NCBI GenBank assembly: GCA_027493935.1
Contig: JAOSJV010000011.1
Span: 130,811 to 194,810 of the forward strand
DNA length: 64,000 nt
Direction of reading: 5' to 3'
Origin: Burkholderiales bacterium
GTDB lineage: Bacteria > Pseudomonadota > Gammaproteobacteria > Burkholderiales > SG8-39
Part shown: piece by piece, positions 9,999-25,242 of the stretch
Layout of the letters: each line of letters opens with the position of its first letter
How positions within the stretch are numbered: the stretch's first letter is position 1
Program-made: the position numbers and the translations under genes
The notes under the pieces: generated by a model
Told to the model about the DNA's origin: nothing
The model's database searches: none
Seen by the model: the letters and a program-made list of their open reading frames with translations, nothing else

Positions 9999-11513
9999 TC
10001 AGCCCAGGAAGAGGCGGTAGGCCGGGTTGTTGGTCTCCTCGACGTACGGGTAGCCGAGGCTGGCGAGGAACTTGCGGAAGGCGCCCATCTCGTGCGGCGG
10101 CACCTGCATGCCGACCAGCACGCGGCCGTCGTTCGCGCCGTGGTAGCGGTAGTGGAAGAGGCTGATGTTCCAGTCCGAGCGCATGGCCTCGAGGAACTTG
10201 AGCAGCGCGCCCGGGCGCTCGGGGAACTCGAAGCGGTAGAGGAGCTCGTGATCGGCGAGCGCGGCGTGGCCGCCGACGAGGTGGCGCACGTGCAGCTTCG
10301 CCATCTCGTTGTCCGAGAGGTCGACCGTCTTTAGGCTGTGGCGCTCGAGTGTCTTCACCACGCGCCTGCGCTCCGCGCGGTCGTGGATCTGCACGCCGAC
10401 GAAGACGTGCGCCTCCTTGGGGTCGGCGATGCGGTAGTTGAACTCCGTGATGTTGCGCCCGCCGAGCACCGCGCAGAAGCGCTTGAAGCTGCCGGGCCGC
10501 TCGGGGATCGTGACCGCGAAGAGCGCCTCGCGCTGCTCGCCGACCTCGGCGCGCTCGGCGATGAATCGCAGGCGGTCGAAATTGGTGTTGGCGCCGGAGG
10601 CGATCGCGACGAGCTTCTGGCCGCGTACGCCGGTCGCGGCGGCGTAGGCCTTCACGCCAGCCACGCCGAGCGCACCGGCGGGCTCGAGGATCGAGCGGGT
10701 GTCCTCGAAGACGTCCTTGATCGCGGCGCAGATCTCGTCGGTATCGACCACGATCCAGTCGTCGACGAGACGCTTCGCGACGCGGAAGGTTTCCACACCG
10801 ACCTGCTTGACCGCGACCCCGTCGGCGAACAGCCCCACGTGCGGCAGCACGACGCGCCGCCCGGCGCGCACCGAGCGCGCCATCGCGTCGGAGTCGGCGG
10901 CCTGCACGCCGATCACCTTGACCTTCGGCGCGAGCCGCTTCACGTAGGCGGCGATGCCCGAGATGAGCCCGCCGCCGCCCACGCAGACGAAGATCGCATG
11001 GATCGGTCGCGTGCTCTGGCGCAGGATCTCCATGCCGATCGTGCCCTGGCCGGCGATGACGTCCGGATCGTCGTACGGGTGCACGAAGGTGAGCTTCTGC
11101 CGGCGCACGATGCGCCGCGCCTCCTCGTAGGCATCGCTGTAGGAGTCCCCGTGCAGCACCACCTCGGCGCGCAGCGCCTTCACCGCGTCGACCTTGATCG
11201 AGGGCGTGGTGACCGGCATGACGATCACCGCGCGGCAGCCGAGGTTGCGCGCGGCGAGCGCGACGCCCTGCGCGTGATTGCCGGCAGAAGCCGCGATCAC
11301 GCCGCGCTTCAGCGCCGCGGGCGCAACACGCGCCATCTTCGCGTATGCGCCGCGCAGCTTGAACGAGAAGACGGGCTGCATGTCCTCGCGCTTGAGCATC
11401 ACCCGGTTGCCGAGGCGCGCCGAGAGGTTGGGCGCGAGCTCGAGCGGCGTCTCCTCGGCGACGTCGTAGACCGGGGCGGTGAGGATGCTCTCGAGGTAGT
11501 CGGTTCTGGGCAT
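9999..11513 (-). CDS. ilvA: biosynthetic threonine ammonia-lyase (threonine dehydratase)
   Basis: ATG at 11513 (MPRTDYLESILTAPVYDV). PLP lysine motif 'REDMQPVFSFKLRGAY'. Two C-terminal ACT-like regulatory repeats. ~504 aa. Confidence 0.95.
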   Translation of the reverse strand: MPRTDYLESILTAPVYDVAEETPLELAPNLSARLGNRVMLKREDMQPVFSFKLRGAYAKMARVAPAALKRGVIAASAGNHAQGVALAARNLGCRAVIVMPVTTPSIKVDAVKALRAEVVLHGDSYSDAYEEARRIVRRQKLTFVHPYDDPDVIAGQGTIGMEILRQSTRPIHAIFVCVGGGGLISGIAAYVKRLAPKVKVIGVQAADSDAMARSVRAGRRVVLPHVGLFADGVAVKQVGVETFRVAKRLVDDWIVVDTDEICAAIKDVFEDTRSILEPAGALGVAGVKAYAAATGVRGQKLVAIASGANTNFDRLRFIAERAEVGEQREALFAVTIPERPGSFKRFCAVLGGRNITEFNYRIADPKEAHVFVGVQIHDRAERRRVVKTLERHSLKTVDLSDNEMAKLHVRHLVGGHAALADHELLYRFEFPERPGALLKFLEAMRSDWNISLFHYRYHGANDGRVLVGMQVPPHEMGAFRKFLASLGYPYVEETNNPAYRLFLG

Positions 11514-11692
11514 CGGGACGCGAGGAAGGGTGGAGGGCGGGGCGTGTCGCGTGGCCTGCGCGCCTGAACGCCCGGCGGCGAGCGCGTAATTTAGAGGAAA
11601 GCGCACGTTTACGCCATCGGCCGGGCCATGTATAACGTGCCGCCCGCGCCCGTCCGTCCGGGGGCGGGCGCCTCGATCCAGCGCGCGACGCC

Positions 11693-12103
11693 ATGCTCGA
11701 GCTTCTTACGCCCGAAACGAGCCTCGCCTCGCTCGCCGCGGCGGCGTTTCTCGCCGCGACGCTCGTGCCGCTCTCCTCGGAGGCGGCGCTGTTCGCCGTG
11801 CTGCGCATGCACCCGGAGCTCGCGTGGCCGGCGATCGCGGCCGCCACCGCCGGCAACACCGCAGGTGGGCTCACCTCCTATCTCATCGGCCGATTCCTCG
11901 CGACGAAGCGACCGCTCGAGCGCGTGGCGACGGTGCGCCGCTGGGGCGCGCCGGCGCTCGTGCTCGCATGGCTCCCGCTCGTGGGCGATGCGCTCTGCGT
12001 GGCGGCGGGCTGGCTGAAGGTGAACTGGCTGGCGGCCACGGCCTTTTCCGCCGCCGGCCGGTTCGCGCGCTACTGGCTCATCGCCGAGGGAGCACTCTGG
12101 TAA
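11693..12103 (+). CDS. YqaA/DedA-like (SNARE-associated) inner-membrane protein
   Basis: 136 aa. 'AAFLAATLVPLSSEAALFAVL', 'TAGNTAGGLTSYLIGR' and 'LPLVGDALCVAAGWL' match the YqaA family pattern. Confidence 0.75.
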   Translation: MLELLTPETSLASLAAAAFLAATLVPLSSEAALFAVLRMHPELAWPAIAAATAGNTAGGLTSYLIGRFLATKRPLERVATVRRWGAPALVLAWLPLVGDALCVAAGWLKVNWLAATAFSAAGRFARYWLIAEGALW

Positions 12104-12128
12104 GCTTCGCGCCCGGGAGGTCGATACG

Positions 12129-12389
12129 ATGCGCGCGAAGAGGCGCACGTCGCGCAAGGCGAAGCCGAAGCCGTTCTGGGAGCGCGGCTACCGCTCGCAC
12201 GGCTACTGGCAAGGGCGGGAGAACCTCGGGCGGGTGAGCCTCGCGCCGCCCGGCGACGGCGAGCTCCGCTACCATTGGCAGGCCGGCAAGCGCGCGGGCC
12301 GCGCGGCGACGCTGCGCGAGGCGAAGCTCGCGGTCGAGCATGCGGTGCTCTTCGGCACGCGCCAGCTCGGTCTGTTCGGGGAAGAATAG
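12129..12389 (+). CDS. hypothetical basic protein
   Basis: 86-aa ORF with GGGAGG 8 nt upstream of the ATG. It fills the gap between yqaA-like and the RMD1-like stop. No family recognised. Confidence 0.4.
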   Translation: MRAKRRTSRKAKPKPFWERGYRSHGYWQGRENLGRVSLAPPGDGELRYHWQAGKRAGRAATLREAKLAVEHAVLFGTRQLGLFGEE

Positions 12390-12410
12390 GCCGGCCGCCG
12401 GCAGCGCGCG

Positions 12411-13218
12411 CTAGGCCGCGCGGTGCACGAAGAGCTCGTACAGCGTGAGCAGGATCTCGGCGACGATCAGCAGGACGATGTAGAGCTCGAGGCGCAGCGA
12501 GCGCCGGTTCTGCAGGAGCTGGAGCACCGCCTGCGCGGTGCTCGACACCACGCCGAGCTTGCGTTCGAGCGTCGCGAGCCGCTCGCGGATCTCGAACTCG
12601 TCCTCCAGGCGCACGAACAACGGCTCGAGGTCGGGGGCGCTCCCACAGCAGCTCGGGCTTCTCGCCCACCGCCGCGCGGCCGACCATCATGTGCTCGGCG
12701 AGCAGCGTCGCGCCGGTGTGCTTGACGAGCTGGTCGGCGTGCGCGCCGATCTTGCCCGTGTGCTTGAGCTCGACGGCGAACGGCTCGACGCGGTCGAACG
12801 CGGCGGCCATCTGCGATTCGTACGCGCCGAGCAGCACGCTCTTGGAGAGGATATCGGCGATGACCTGCAGGCGTTCCACGCCCGCCGCGCCGAGCACCAC
12901 CGCCGGACCGCTCACGCCCTCGCGGGCGCCGGGCTCGATGCGTATGTCGATTTCCTCGGTCTCGGTCGGCGCGCGCGCGCCGGTCACGACCGGCCGCAGC
13001 GACTCGAGGAACGCCTGCTGGCGCGCGGCATTTACGGCGAAGAACACCACTGCGCCGTAGCGGAACAGGATCGCGATGCCGCCGCCCTCGAGCGGTACCG
13101 CGCGCGGGCTGTCGGCGAGGCGCTGCTCGGGCTGCCAGCCGCGCAGGTCGATGCGGTCGCCGACGAGGACGGCGCGGGCGCGGAAGGCGGAGCTGGCGAG
13201 GACGCTCACGGAACCCAA
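12411..13218 (-). CDS. RMD1/DUF155 family protein, frameshifted in this sequence
   Basis: The N-terminal and central part is in ORF 12070..13218 ('...GEKPELLWE'). The C-terminal 'LFVRLEDEFEIRERLATLERKLGVV...' plus a TM helix is in ORF 12411..12620. The frames join at G5 run 12632-12636. Confidence 0.75.
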
Positions 13219-13227
13219 CGGAAGAAC

Positions 13228-13254
13228 GTCATTCCCGCGAATGCGGGAATCCAG
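13228..13254. repeat. REP-like palindromic unit, family A
   Basis: 'gtcattcccgcgaatgcgggaatccag' has inverted arms attcccgc/gcgggaat. Read-through of it gives the artefactual 'IPAFAGMT' tail on the uvrD ORF. Confidence 0.6.
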
Positions 13255-13327
13255 TGAAACCTTCGAAGAACCGCGGATCCCCGATCTCCACTTTCGCGCG
13301 GATGACTGCGGCAGAATTCGGAGCGGC

Positions 13328-15554
13328 TCATGCCGGAGTGAGCTTCGCGTACTCCAATTGAAGCCACTTCATCCCCTGCCTGCCGAAGTTGATCTGCACG
13401 CGCGTCGGCGCCGGAGCCCTCGGCGCCCACGATCACGCCGACGCCGAACTTCGGATGGTTGACGTTCTGGCCGATCCGGAACGGCAGCGCGCCGGGGCCG
13501 CTGCGCTCGGCCTTCGCGGCGAGGCGCGCGGGCGCCGGCGCGGGCTGCCAGGCGGCCGTGTCGCCGAAGAGCTTGCCGCCGCGCGGCGTCAGCCACTTCA
13601 GCACCTCGGCCGGGATCTCGTCGAGAAAGCGCGAGGCCACGTTGTAGCGCGTCTGCCCGTGCAGCAGGCGCGTCTGCGCGAACGAGAGGTAGAGCCGCGT
13701 GCGCGCGCGCGTGACCGCGACGTACATCAGACGCCGCTCCTCCTCGAGGCCGTCCTGCTCGGTGACGCTCTGCTCGTGCGGGAAGAGCCCCTCTTCCAGT
13801 CCGCTGATGAACACGATGTGGAACTCGAGGCCCTTCGCCGAGTGCGCGGTCATGAGCTGGACCGCGTCGGCGCCCTCCCCGGCCTGGTTCTCGCCCGATT
13901 CGAGCGCGGCGTGCGCGAGAAAGGCGACGAGCCACGGGTCGGGCGCCGCGGCCGGCGCCGGCGCGGCGGGCGCCTCCCCCTCGGCGGCATCCACCGCGGC
14001 GAGCGCCGCGCCGGTCGGCAGCCCGTCGCGCACGAACGCGGTTGCGGCGTTCACCAGCTCCTCGAGGTTCTCGGTGCGGTCGGCGCCCTCGCGCTCGGTC
14101 TTGTAATGGTCGAGGAGCCCGCTCGCGTGCAGCACGTGGTCGACCACCTCGGGCAGCGGCAGCCCGCGCGCGTTCTCGCGCATCGCCGCAACCAGCTTGA
14201 CGAAGGTGCCGACCGCCGTACCCGCCTTGCCGGTGAGCGACGACGCGGCCGCCCATAGGCTCCCGCCGGCGGCGCGCGCGGCGTCCTGCACCTGCTCGAC
14301 CGAGCGCGCGCCGATGCCGCGCGTCGGGAAGTTCACCACCCGCAGGAACGCGCTGTCGTCGTCGGGATTGGCGAGCAGGCGCAGGTAGGCGAGCGCGTGC
14401 TTGACTTCCTGGCGCTCGAAGAAGCGCAGGCCCCCGTACACGCGGTACGCGATGCCGGCGGTGAAGAGCGCGTGCTCGAGCACGCGCGACTGCGCGTTCG
14501 AGCGGTACAAAACGGCGATGTCGCTCCGCGCGTAGCCCTCGCGCACGAGCGACTGCACCTCCTCGGCGATCCAGCGCGCCTCGTAGCCGTCGCTCTGCGC
14601 CTCGTACGCGCGCACCGGCTCGCCCTCGCCTGCGGCGGTCCACAGGTTCTTGCCGAGGCGGCGACGGTTGTGCGAGATGAGCGCGTTGGCGGCGTCGAGG
14701 ATGTTGCCGTGCGAGCGGTAGTTCTGCTCCAGACGGATCAGGTTCTCGACCTTGAACTCGCGCTCGAAGTCGGCCAGGTTGCCGACGTTCGCGCCTCGAA
14801 ACCTGTAGATCGACTGATCGTCGTCTCCGACCCCGAAGATCACGTTGCCCTGCCCGGCGAGGAGCTTCAGCCAGCGGTACTGCAGGCGGTTCGTGTCCTG
14901 GAACTCGTCGACCAGGATGTGGCGGAAGCGGCTCTGGTAATGGGCGCGCAGCACCTCGTTCTTCGAGAGGAGCTCGAAGCAGCGCAGCAGGAGTTCGGGG
15001 AAGTCGACCAGACCCTCGCGCCGGCACTGCTCGTCGTAGGCGGCGTAGATCTCGGCCATGCGGCGCGAGAAGTCGTCGTGGGCCTCGACGTCGCCCGCGC
15101 GCTTGCCTTCCTCCTTCGCGCCGTTGACGAACCACTGCACCTGCTTCGGCTGGAACTTCTCCTCGTCGACGTTCATCGACTTCAGCACGCGCTTGACCAC
15201 CGCGAGCTGGTCCGCCGAGTCGAGGATCTGGAAGAGCTGCGGCAACCCGGCGTCGCGGTGGTGCGCGCGCAGCATCCGGTTGCACAGGCCGTGGAACGTG
15301 CCGACCCACATGCCGCGGGTGTTGATCGGCAGCATCGCCGAGATGCGCGTCAGCATCTCGCGCGCGGCCTTGTTGGTGAAGGTGACGGCGAGGATCCCCG
15401 CCGGGCTCGCGTTGCCGGTCTGCACGAGCCACGCGATGCGCGTGGTGAGCACGCGCGTCTTGCCGCTGCCCGCCCCGGCGAGGATCAGCGCGTGCTGGTT
15501 CGGGAGGGTGACGGCGGCGAGCTGTTCCGGGTTGAGGTGGTCGAGGAGCGGCAT
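13328..15554 (-). CDS. uvrD: DNA helicase II (UvrD), C-terminal frameshift in this sequence
   Basis: 'LAGAGSGKTRVLTTRIAWL', 'VDEFQDTN' and 'TAHSAKGLEF'. After '...GAEGSGADAR' the conserved tail 'VQINFGRQGMKWLQLEYAKLTPA*' continues in another frame and stops at TGA 13328-13330. The break is in (GC)n at ~13397-13405. Confidence 0.95.
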
Positions 15555-15603
15555 GCTTCGGGCTGCGGGCGCGCAGCGCCGATTCTACCGCACGCGACAC
15601 GCG

Positions 15604-19722
<4,119 letters not shown>

Positions 19723-19730
19723 GCGGCGCG

Positions 19731-20745
19731 GTGCAGCTTCGCGCTGAGCAGCTCGCCGCCCACCTGCGGGGGTGGCCTGCGTCAGCTCTACGTGGTGCAC
19801 GGCGACGAGCCGCTGCTCGCGCTCGAGGCGGCCGACGCGATCCGCGCGAGCGCGCGCGCGAGCGGCCACACCGAGCGGATCGTGCTCGCCGCCGAGCGCG
19901 GCTTCGACTGGTCGGCCCTCGCGATGAGCGCGGCCGGCATGTCCCTCTTCGGCGACAAGAAGCTCGTCGAGCTGCGCGTCCCGGGCGGCAAGCCGGGCGC
20001 CGACGGCGCGGCAGCGATCGAAGCGCACTGCCGCAGCCTCGCGCCCGACGTCGTCACGCTGGTGACGCTGCCGCGGCTCGACCGCCAGGGGCAGAACGCG
20101 GCGTGGTTCGCGCGGCTCTCGGCGGCCGGCGTCGTGGTCAACGTCTACCCGGTCGAGCGCGCGAAGCTGCCGCAGTGGATCGGCGGGCGGCTCGCGCAGC
20201 AGCGCCAGAAGGCCGGCGAGGAGGCGCTCGCGTTCCTCGCCGAGGCGGTCGAGGGCAATCTGCTCGCGGCGCACCAGGAGATCCAGAAGCTCGGCCTGCT
20301 CTACCCGGAGGGCAAGCTCTCGCTCGACCAGGTGCGCGACGCGGTGCTCGACGTCGCGCGCTTCGACGTCTACCAGCTCACCGAGGCGACCTTCGGCGGC
20401 GACGCCGCGCGCCTCGCGCGCGTGCTCGACGGCCTCGCGGCCGAGGGCGAGCCGCCGCTGCGCGTGCTGTGGATCATGGCCGACGACGTGCGCACCGTGT
20501 TCCGGCTGCAGGCCGGCCGCGCCGCCGGCCGCTCCGAGCAGGAGATCTTCCGCGAGCAGCGCATCTGGAACGACGCGCGCCAGCGCCTGCTCGCGCAGTG
20601 CGCGCGGCGCGTGCCCGCAGGCGTCGCGCGCGCGGCGCTCAAGCACGCGGCGCACGTCGACCGCGTGGCGAAGGGCGTCGCCGCCGGCAACGCGTGGGAC
20701 GAGCTGCTGCAGCTCGGGCTGCGCTTCGCGCGCGAAGCGCACTGA
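19731..20745 (+). CDS. holA: DNA polymerase III delta subunit, frameshifted in this sequence
   Basis: GTG at 19731 gives 'MQLRAEQLAAHLRG'. The remainder ('LRQLYVVHGDEPLLALEAADAIR...') is in ORF 19792..20745. Removing one G from G5 run 19768-19772 restores 'HLRGGLRQLYVVHGDEPLL'. Confidence 0.9.
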
Positions 20746-20872
20746 GTCGCCGCGTCCGTCGCGCGCGACGACGCCGGCGGCTGCGGGCCGGTCGTCATCC
20801 CCGCCCCGATCGCTCCGCCCAGGGGCGGATTTCGCGGGAGCGACGAGCGCTCGCGAACCCTGCGGCGTCCGC

Positions 20873-22075
20873 TCAGCGCTCCTCCGGCGGCTTCACGTGG
20901 CGGAACTGCGCCAGCAGCAGCAGGTCGTAGACGATCTTCAGCGCGCCGCAGATCACGAGCGGCCAGCCCTGGAACGCGGCCGCGAACAGCGCGCCGGCGA
21001 GCGCCGGGCTCGCCGCCGCGGCGAGGCTGCGCGGCACCGACGTGAAGCTCGCCGCGGCCGCGCGCTCGGCCTCGGTCACCACCGCCATCACGTACGAGGA
21101 GCGCGTCGGCACGTCCATCTGCGAGAGCGCCGCGCGCACGAGCAGCAGCGCGAGGGCGAGGGGCAGCGTCGGCGCGAACGCCGCGAGGACGAGCGTGACG
21201 CTCGACGGGATGTGGGTGAACACCATCGTGTTCACGAGCCCGATGCGGCGCGCGAGCCAGGCGGCGACCGGGAACGAGAGCGCCGAGAGCACCCCGGCCC
21301 AGAAGAAGAACACGCTCGCCGCCGCGAGCGACATCCCGAACCGCTCGAACAGCCAGAGCGCGAGCAGCGACTGGACGACGAAGCCGCCGGCGAACGCGTC
21401 GAGGCTGAAGAGCGCGGCGAGCCGCATCACGATGCGCCGCGAGGGGCCGAGCGCCGCGGGGGGCCGGTCGCCGCCGGCGCGCGGCGCGGGATGCGCGCGT
21501 AGAGCACGCCGCCGGCGGCGCCGAGCGCCGCGTAGAGGACGAACATCAGCTTGACGGCGGTCAGCCGCTCGACGCCGGCCGCGGCGAGCACCTCGGGCGA
21601 GGCCGCGGCCAGCGCGCCGGCGGCGGCGGCGAGCGCCCCGACCAGGCTGTAGCGCGCGAACATCGCGGTGCGCGCCGCCGGCGCCGCGGCACCCGAGAGC
21701 GCGGCATGCTCGAGCGGCACGAACACGCTCACGCTCCCCGCCGACGGGTTGATCGTCCCGGCGAACGCGACGACGAGCAACAGCGCGTAGTCGTGGACGA
21801 CCGCGAACGCCGCGCCGGTCGCGATCATCAGGCTCGCGGCGGCGAGCAGGAGCTGGCGATGGTCGTAGCGCGCGCCGAGCAGCCCGGCGCCCACCGTGAG
21901 CAGCGCCGAGCCGAGCAGCGAGGCGGTGGCGAGGACGCCGACCTCGAACGGCGCGAAGCCGAGCTCGATGAGATACACCGGCAGCAGCACGGCGACGAAC
22001 CCGTCGCCGAAGTCGCGCAGCGCACGCGCGGCGAAGAGGCAGGTCGTCGGGCGGGTCGGGAGGAAGATGGCCGTG
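20873..22075 (-). CDS. MFS transporter, frameshifted in this sequence; start codon not identified
   Basis: The N-terminal six TM segments ('LFAARALRDFGDGFVAVLLPVYL...') are in ORF 21427..23088. The C-terminal six TM segments ('LGPSRRIVMRLAALFSLDAFAGGF...') are in ORF 20873..22162. The frames join at G6 run 21458-21463. There is no ATG/GTG/TTG in frame between the upstream stop (22086) and the first TM. Confidence 0.7.
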   Translation of the reverse strand, partial: HGHLPPDPPDDLPLRRACAARLRRRVRRRAAAGVSHRARLRAVRGRRPRHRLAARLGAAHGGRRAARRALRPSPAPARRREPDDRDRRGVRGRPRLRAVARRRVRRDDQPVGGERERVRAARACRALGCRGAGGAHRDVRALQPGRGARRRRRRAGRGLARGARRGRRRAADRRQADVRPLRGARRRRRRALRAHPAPRAGGDRPPAALGPSRRIVMRLAALFSLDAFAGGFVVQSLLALWLFERFGMSLAAASVFFFWAGVLSALSFPVAAWLARRIGLVNTMVFTHIPSSVTLVLAAFAPTLPLALALLLVRAALSQMDVPTRSSYVMAVVTEAERAAAASFTSVPRSLAAAASPALAGALFAAAFQGWPLVICGALKIVYDLLLLAQFRHVKPPEER

Positions 22076-22085
22076 GTACGGCGGC

Positions 22086-23225
22086 TCAGCAGTTGAACGG
22101 CTCGAGGCCGCCGTCGAACCGGTGCACCTCCAGCGCGATCGGCGCGAGCGCGTGGCGTGCACCCTCGATCTCGTAGGCGGGCAGCCGCACGAGGTAGCGC
22201 GAGCGCGCGCCGTCCGGCAGATGCAGCCGGACGTCGAGCGCCGCGGCGGCCCCCTCGATCGGCGCCGAGAGCGGCACCGGGTAGGCGAGCGAGACCCGCA
22301 TCTCCGCGAAGCGCTCGGTCCGGCGCTCGCCGGGCGTCCGGTCGGTGACCTCCATGATCGGCGCGGCGAGGCGCCATCGCTCGGTGGTGCGTGCGGCGAC
22401 GCGCAGCTCGTAGCGCAGCGGCTCGGGTCTGGCCGCGATGAAGTTCCAGAAGCGCCCGGACGCGGTGAACGGACCCGCCGCGACTTCGAACGACTGCGTA
22501 TCGTAGAGCGTGATGTTCGCGCAGGCCTTGCCGGGCGTATCGCGCTCGCAGGCCGACTGGCGCTCGGCGACCTGCCGCGCGCGCTCGAGCGTGCGCAGCG
22601 CCTGGTAGCCCGTGCCGCGGACCGCGGCCGCCTGCAGCTCCTGCGCCGCGAGCTCGGTGCGCCCGGCCGTGGTCTCGATCGCCGGCAGCCGCACCTCGAC
22701 GCGCTGGGGTGCGCGGCCGGGAAAGACGCCCAGACCCAGGCTCACCTCGGCGATCGCCCGCGCCGGATCGCGTGCGAGCGCCTGGCGCGCCACCTCGGCC
22801 GGGGTGGGTCCTAGCCGCGCGAGGTCGATCCATCCGTCCGCCGGCATGCTCGCGGACATGCGCACGCGCGCTTCGGGAACGACGGGACGCCCCGCCTCGC
22901 CGCCGTCCGCGGCGACGAGGACGTGCGGCTCGACGAAGCGGAACCGCACCCCGAGCGGAACGCTCACGGTGATGCCGAGCGGCCAGCCCGCGGCCCGCAC
23001 TCCGCCCGGGGTCGAAGACACTTCGATCTTCACGTTTCCGGGGGCGGCGAACGCGAGCTGGGTCGGCGGCCCGGCCTGGCCGCCGCACCGCGCCCGGCCG
23101 ACGACGGCCGACGGGTCCGAATAGGACGGGCGCACGTAGGTGCCGTACGGCGCCGGGACGCAGGCGCCGAGCACGAGCGCCGAAGCGACGGCGATCGAGA
23201 AAAAGAGGCGCTCGCGCGCGTACAC
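22086..23225 (-). CDS. hypothetical lipoprotein
   Basis: GTG at 23225 gives '[22 protein letters not shown]' (signal peptide plus lipobox). ~380 aa with coding-like composition. No family recognised. Confidence 0.5.
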   Translation of the reverse strand: MYARERLFFSIAVASALVLGACVPAPYGTYVRPSYSDPSAVVGRARCGGQAGPPTQLAFAAPGNVKIEVSSTPGGVRAAGWPLGITVSVPLGVRFRFVEPHVLVAADGGEAGRPVVPEARVRMSASMPADGWIDLARLGPTPAEVARQALARDPARAIAEVSLGLGVFPGRAPQRVEVRLPAIETTAGRTELAAQELQAAAVRGTGYQALRTLERARQVAERQSACERDTPGKACANITLYDTQSFEVAAGPFTASGRFWNFIAARPEPLRYELRVAARTTERWRLAAPIMEVTDRTPGERRTERFAEMRVSLAYPVPLSAPIEGAAAALDVRLHLPDGARSRYLVRLPAYEIEGARHALAPIALEVHRFDGGLEPFNC

Positions 23226-23312
23226 GATGTATTTCGTCCGCGGTGCGGCCGGAGGGCCGGGGGCGGATTGTAATCCCCCGCCCCGCGGCCTACTTTTGGG
23301 TAGGATTACCCC

Positions 23313-24568
23313 ATGGACGTCCGCAGCACCATGCACCAGACCGGGCGCCGCGCGCGGCGGCGGCGCGGCTGGTCGCGCGCGCCGACAGCGCAACCAAGAA
23401 CCGCGCGCTCGCCGCGATCGCGGCCGCGCTCCGGCGCGACGCGGCGCGGCTCCTCGCGGCGAACGCCGAGGACCTCGCCGGGGCACGCAAGGCCGGGCTC
23501 GACAGCGCGCTCCTCGACCGGCTGGCGCTCACGCCGAAGTCGATCGAGGCGATGGCGAAGGGCGTCGAGGAGGTCGCGGCGCTGCCCGATCCGATCGGGC
23601 GCATCACCGGTCTCGAGCGGCGCCCGACCGGAATCGAGGTCGGCCGCATGCGCGTGCCGCTCGGCGTGATCGGCATCATCTACGAGTCGCGGCCGAACGT
23701 GACCGCCGACGCGGCGGCGCTCTGCCTGAAGGCCGGCAACGCGACGATCCTGCGCGGCGGCAGCGAGGCGATCCGCTCGAACCAGGCGATCGCGGCGTGC
23801 GTGCGCGAGGGGTTGCGCGAGGCGGGCCTGCCGGAGGACGCGGTGCAGGTCGTCGAGACCACCGACCGCGCCGCGGTCGGCGAGCTGCTGCGCATGAACG
23901 AGTACGTGGACATCATCGTGCCGCGCGGCGGCAAGGGCCTGATCGAGCGCGTGATGGCCGAGTCGCGCATCCCGATGATCAAGCACCTGGACGGGGTGTG
24001 CCACGTCTACATCGACGACGACGCCGACCCCGAGAAGGCGATCCGCATCGCCGACAACGCGAAGACCCAGCGCTACGGCACCTGCAACACGATGGAGACG
24101 CTGCTCGTCGCCGAAGCGATCGCGCCGAAGGTGCTGCCGCCGCTGTGCCGGATCTATCGCGAGAAGGGCGTGGAACTCCGCGGCGACGCCAAGGCGCGCG
24201 CGATCTTTCCCGACATGGTCGCGGCCACCGAGGAGGACTGGACGACCGAGTACCTCGGGCCGATCCTCGCCGTGCGCGTCGTGAAGGATATCGACGAGGC
24301 GATGGACCACATCGCGCGCTACGGCTCGGCGCACACCGACGCGATCGTCACCGAGGACCGGGTGCGCGCGCAGCGCTTCCTGCGCGAGGTGGACTCGAGC
24401 TCGGTGCTGGTGAACGCCTCGACGCGCTTCGCCGACGGCTTCGAGTACGGACTCGGCGCCGAGATCGGCATCTCGACCGACAAGCTGCACGCGCGCGGTC
24501 CGGTCGGGCTGGAGGGCCTCACCTCGCAGAAGTTCGTCGTGCTCGGCACGGGCCAGGTGCGGACCTGA
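23313..24568 (+). CDS. proA: gamma-glutamyl phosphate reductase, frameshifted near the 5' end in this sequence
   Basis: '[15 protein letters not shown]' (ORF 23313..) continues as '[19 protein letters not shown]...' in ORF 23243..24568. One base is missing in the GC-rich stretch ~23351-23365. The catalytic region '[18 protein letters not shown]' is present. Confidence 0.95.
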
Positions 24569-24588
24569 GCGCCGGCGCGCCCGACGAG

Positions 24589-25242
24589 ATGAGCGCCGCG
24601 CGGCTCGACTGGTACTTCGACTTCGTCTCGCCCTATTCCTACCTGCAGTTCGCGGCGTATCCCCAGCTCTTCCGCCGCGACGACGTCGCGCTGAGGCCGG
24701 TGCTCTTCGCCGGCCTGCTCCGCCAGTGGGGCACCAAGGGGCCCGCGGAGGTGCCGGCGAAGCGCGTCTTCACCGCCCGGCACGTGCTCTTCCGCGCGCG
24801 TGAACTCCTCGTTGCCCTGCGTCACCCGCCCGCGTTCCCGATCAATCCGCTGCGCGCGCTGCGCCTCGCGGTCGCGCTCGGCGCCGGGGTCGAGGTCGTG
24901 CAGACGATCTTCGATTTCGTGTGGAAGGAAGGGCGCGTGCCCGCGGACGAGTGGGACGCGCTGCTCGAGCGCCTCGGCGTGAGCAGCGCCGAGGCGGAAG
25001 CGCTCGTCGCCGAGCGCGACGCGAAGCGCGCCCTGCAGGCGAACGGCGAGGCGGCGGTCGCGGCCGGCGTGTTCGGCGTGCCGACGTTCGTCGCCGAGCG
25101 CGACGGCGACGGGCCGCACCTCTTCTGGGGCCTGGACGCGACGCCGATGCTGATCGCGTGGCTCGGCGACCCGGGGCTCTTCGACGAGGCCGAGATGCGG
25201 CGCATCACATCGCTGCCGTCGGGTGGGCAGCGGAGCGCCTGA
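24589..25242 (+). CDS. 2-hydroxychromene-2-carboxylate isomerase / DsbA-like thioredoxin-fold protein
   Basis: ATG at 24589. 'LDWYFDFVSPYSYL' is the family N-terminal motif, with 'GVFGVPTFV' near the C-terminus. Only the last 217 codons of ORF 23140..25242 are genic. Confidence 0.8.
   Translation: MSAARLDWYFDFVSPYSYLQFAAYPQLFRRDDVALRPVLFAGLLRQWGTKGPAEVPAKRVFTARHVLFRARELLVALRHPPAFPINPLRALRLAVALGAGVEVVQTIFDFVWKEGRVPADEWDALLERLGVSSAEAEALVAERDAKRALQANGEAAVAAGVFGVPTFVAERDGDGPHLFWGLDATPMLIAWLGDPGLFDEAEMRRITSLPSGGQRSA

Noticed and set aside
9895-11874. Long antisense or alternative-frame ORFs. Examples: 9895..11874, 17393..19171, 26848..28194, 27650..29104, 37608..39524, 41405..43045, 51146..52891, 57917..60211.
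   Set aside because: These are typical GC-rich shadow ORFs. They fully overlap genes with unmistakable family signatures on the other strand or frame. Their composition is extreme in Arg/Ala/Gly/Pro/His/Asp, and they contain no recognisable motifs.
23140-25242. A 700-aa ORF overlapping proA
   Set aside because: Only the last 217 codons (from ATG 24589) show a real family signature (HCCA isomerase/DsbA-like). The rest is an alternative frame of proA with Arg/Gly/Ala-rich composition.
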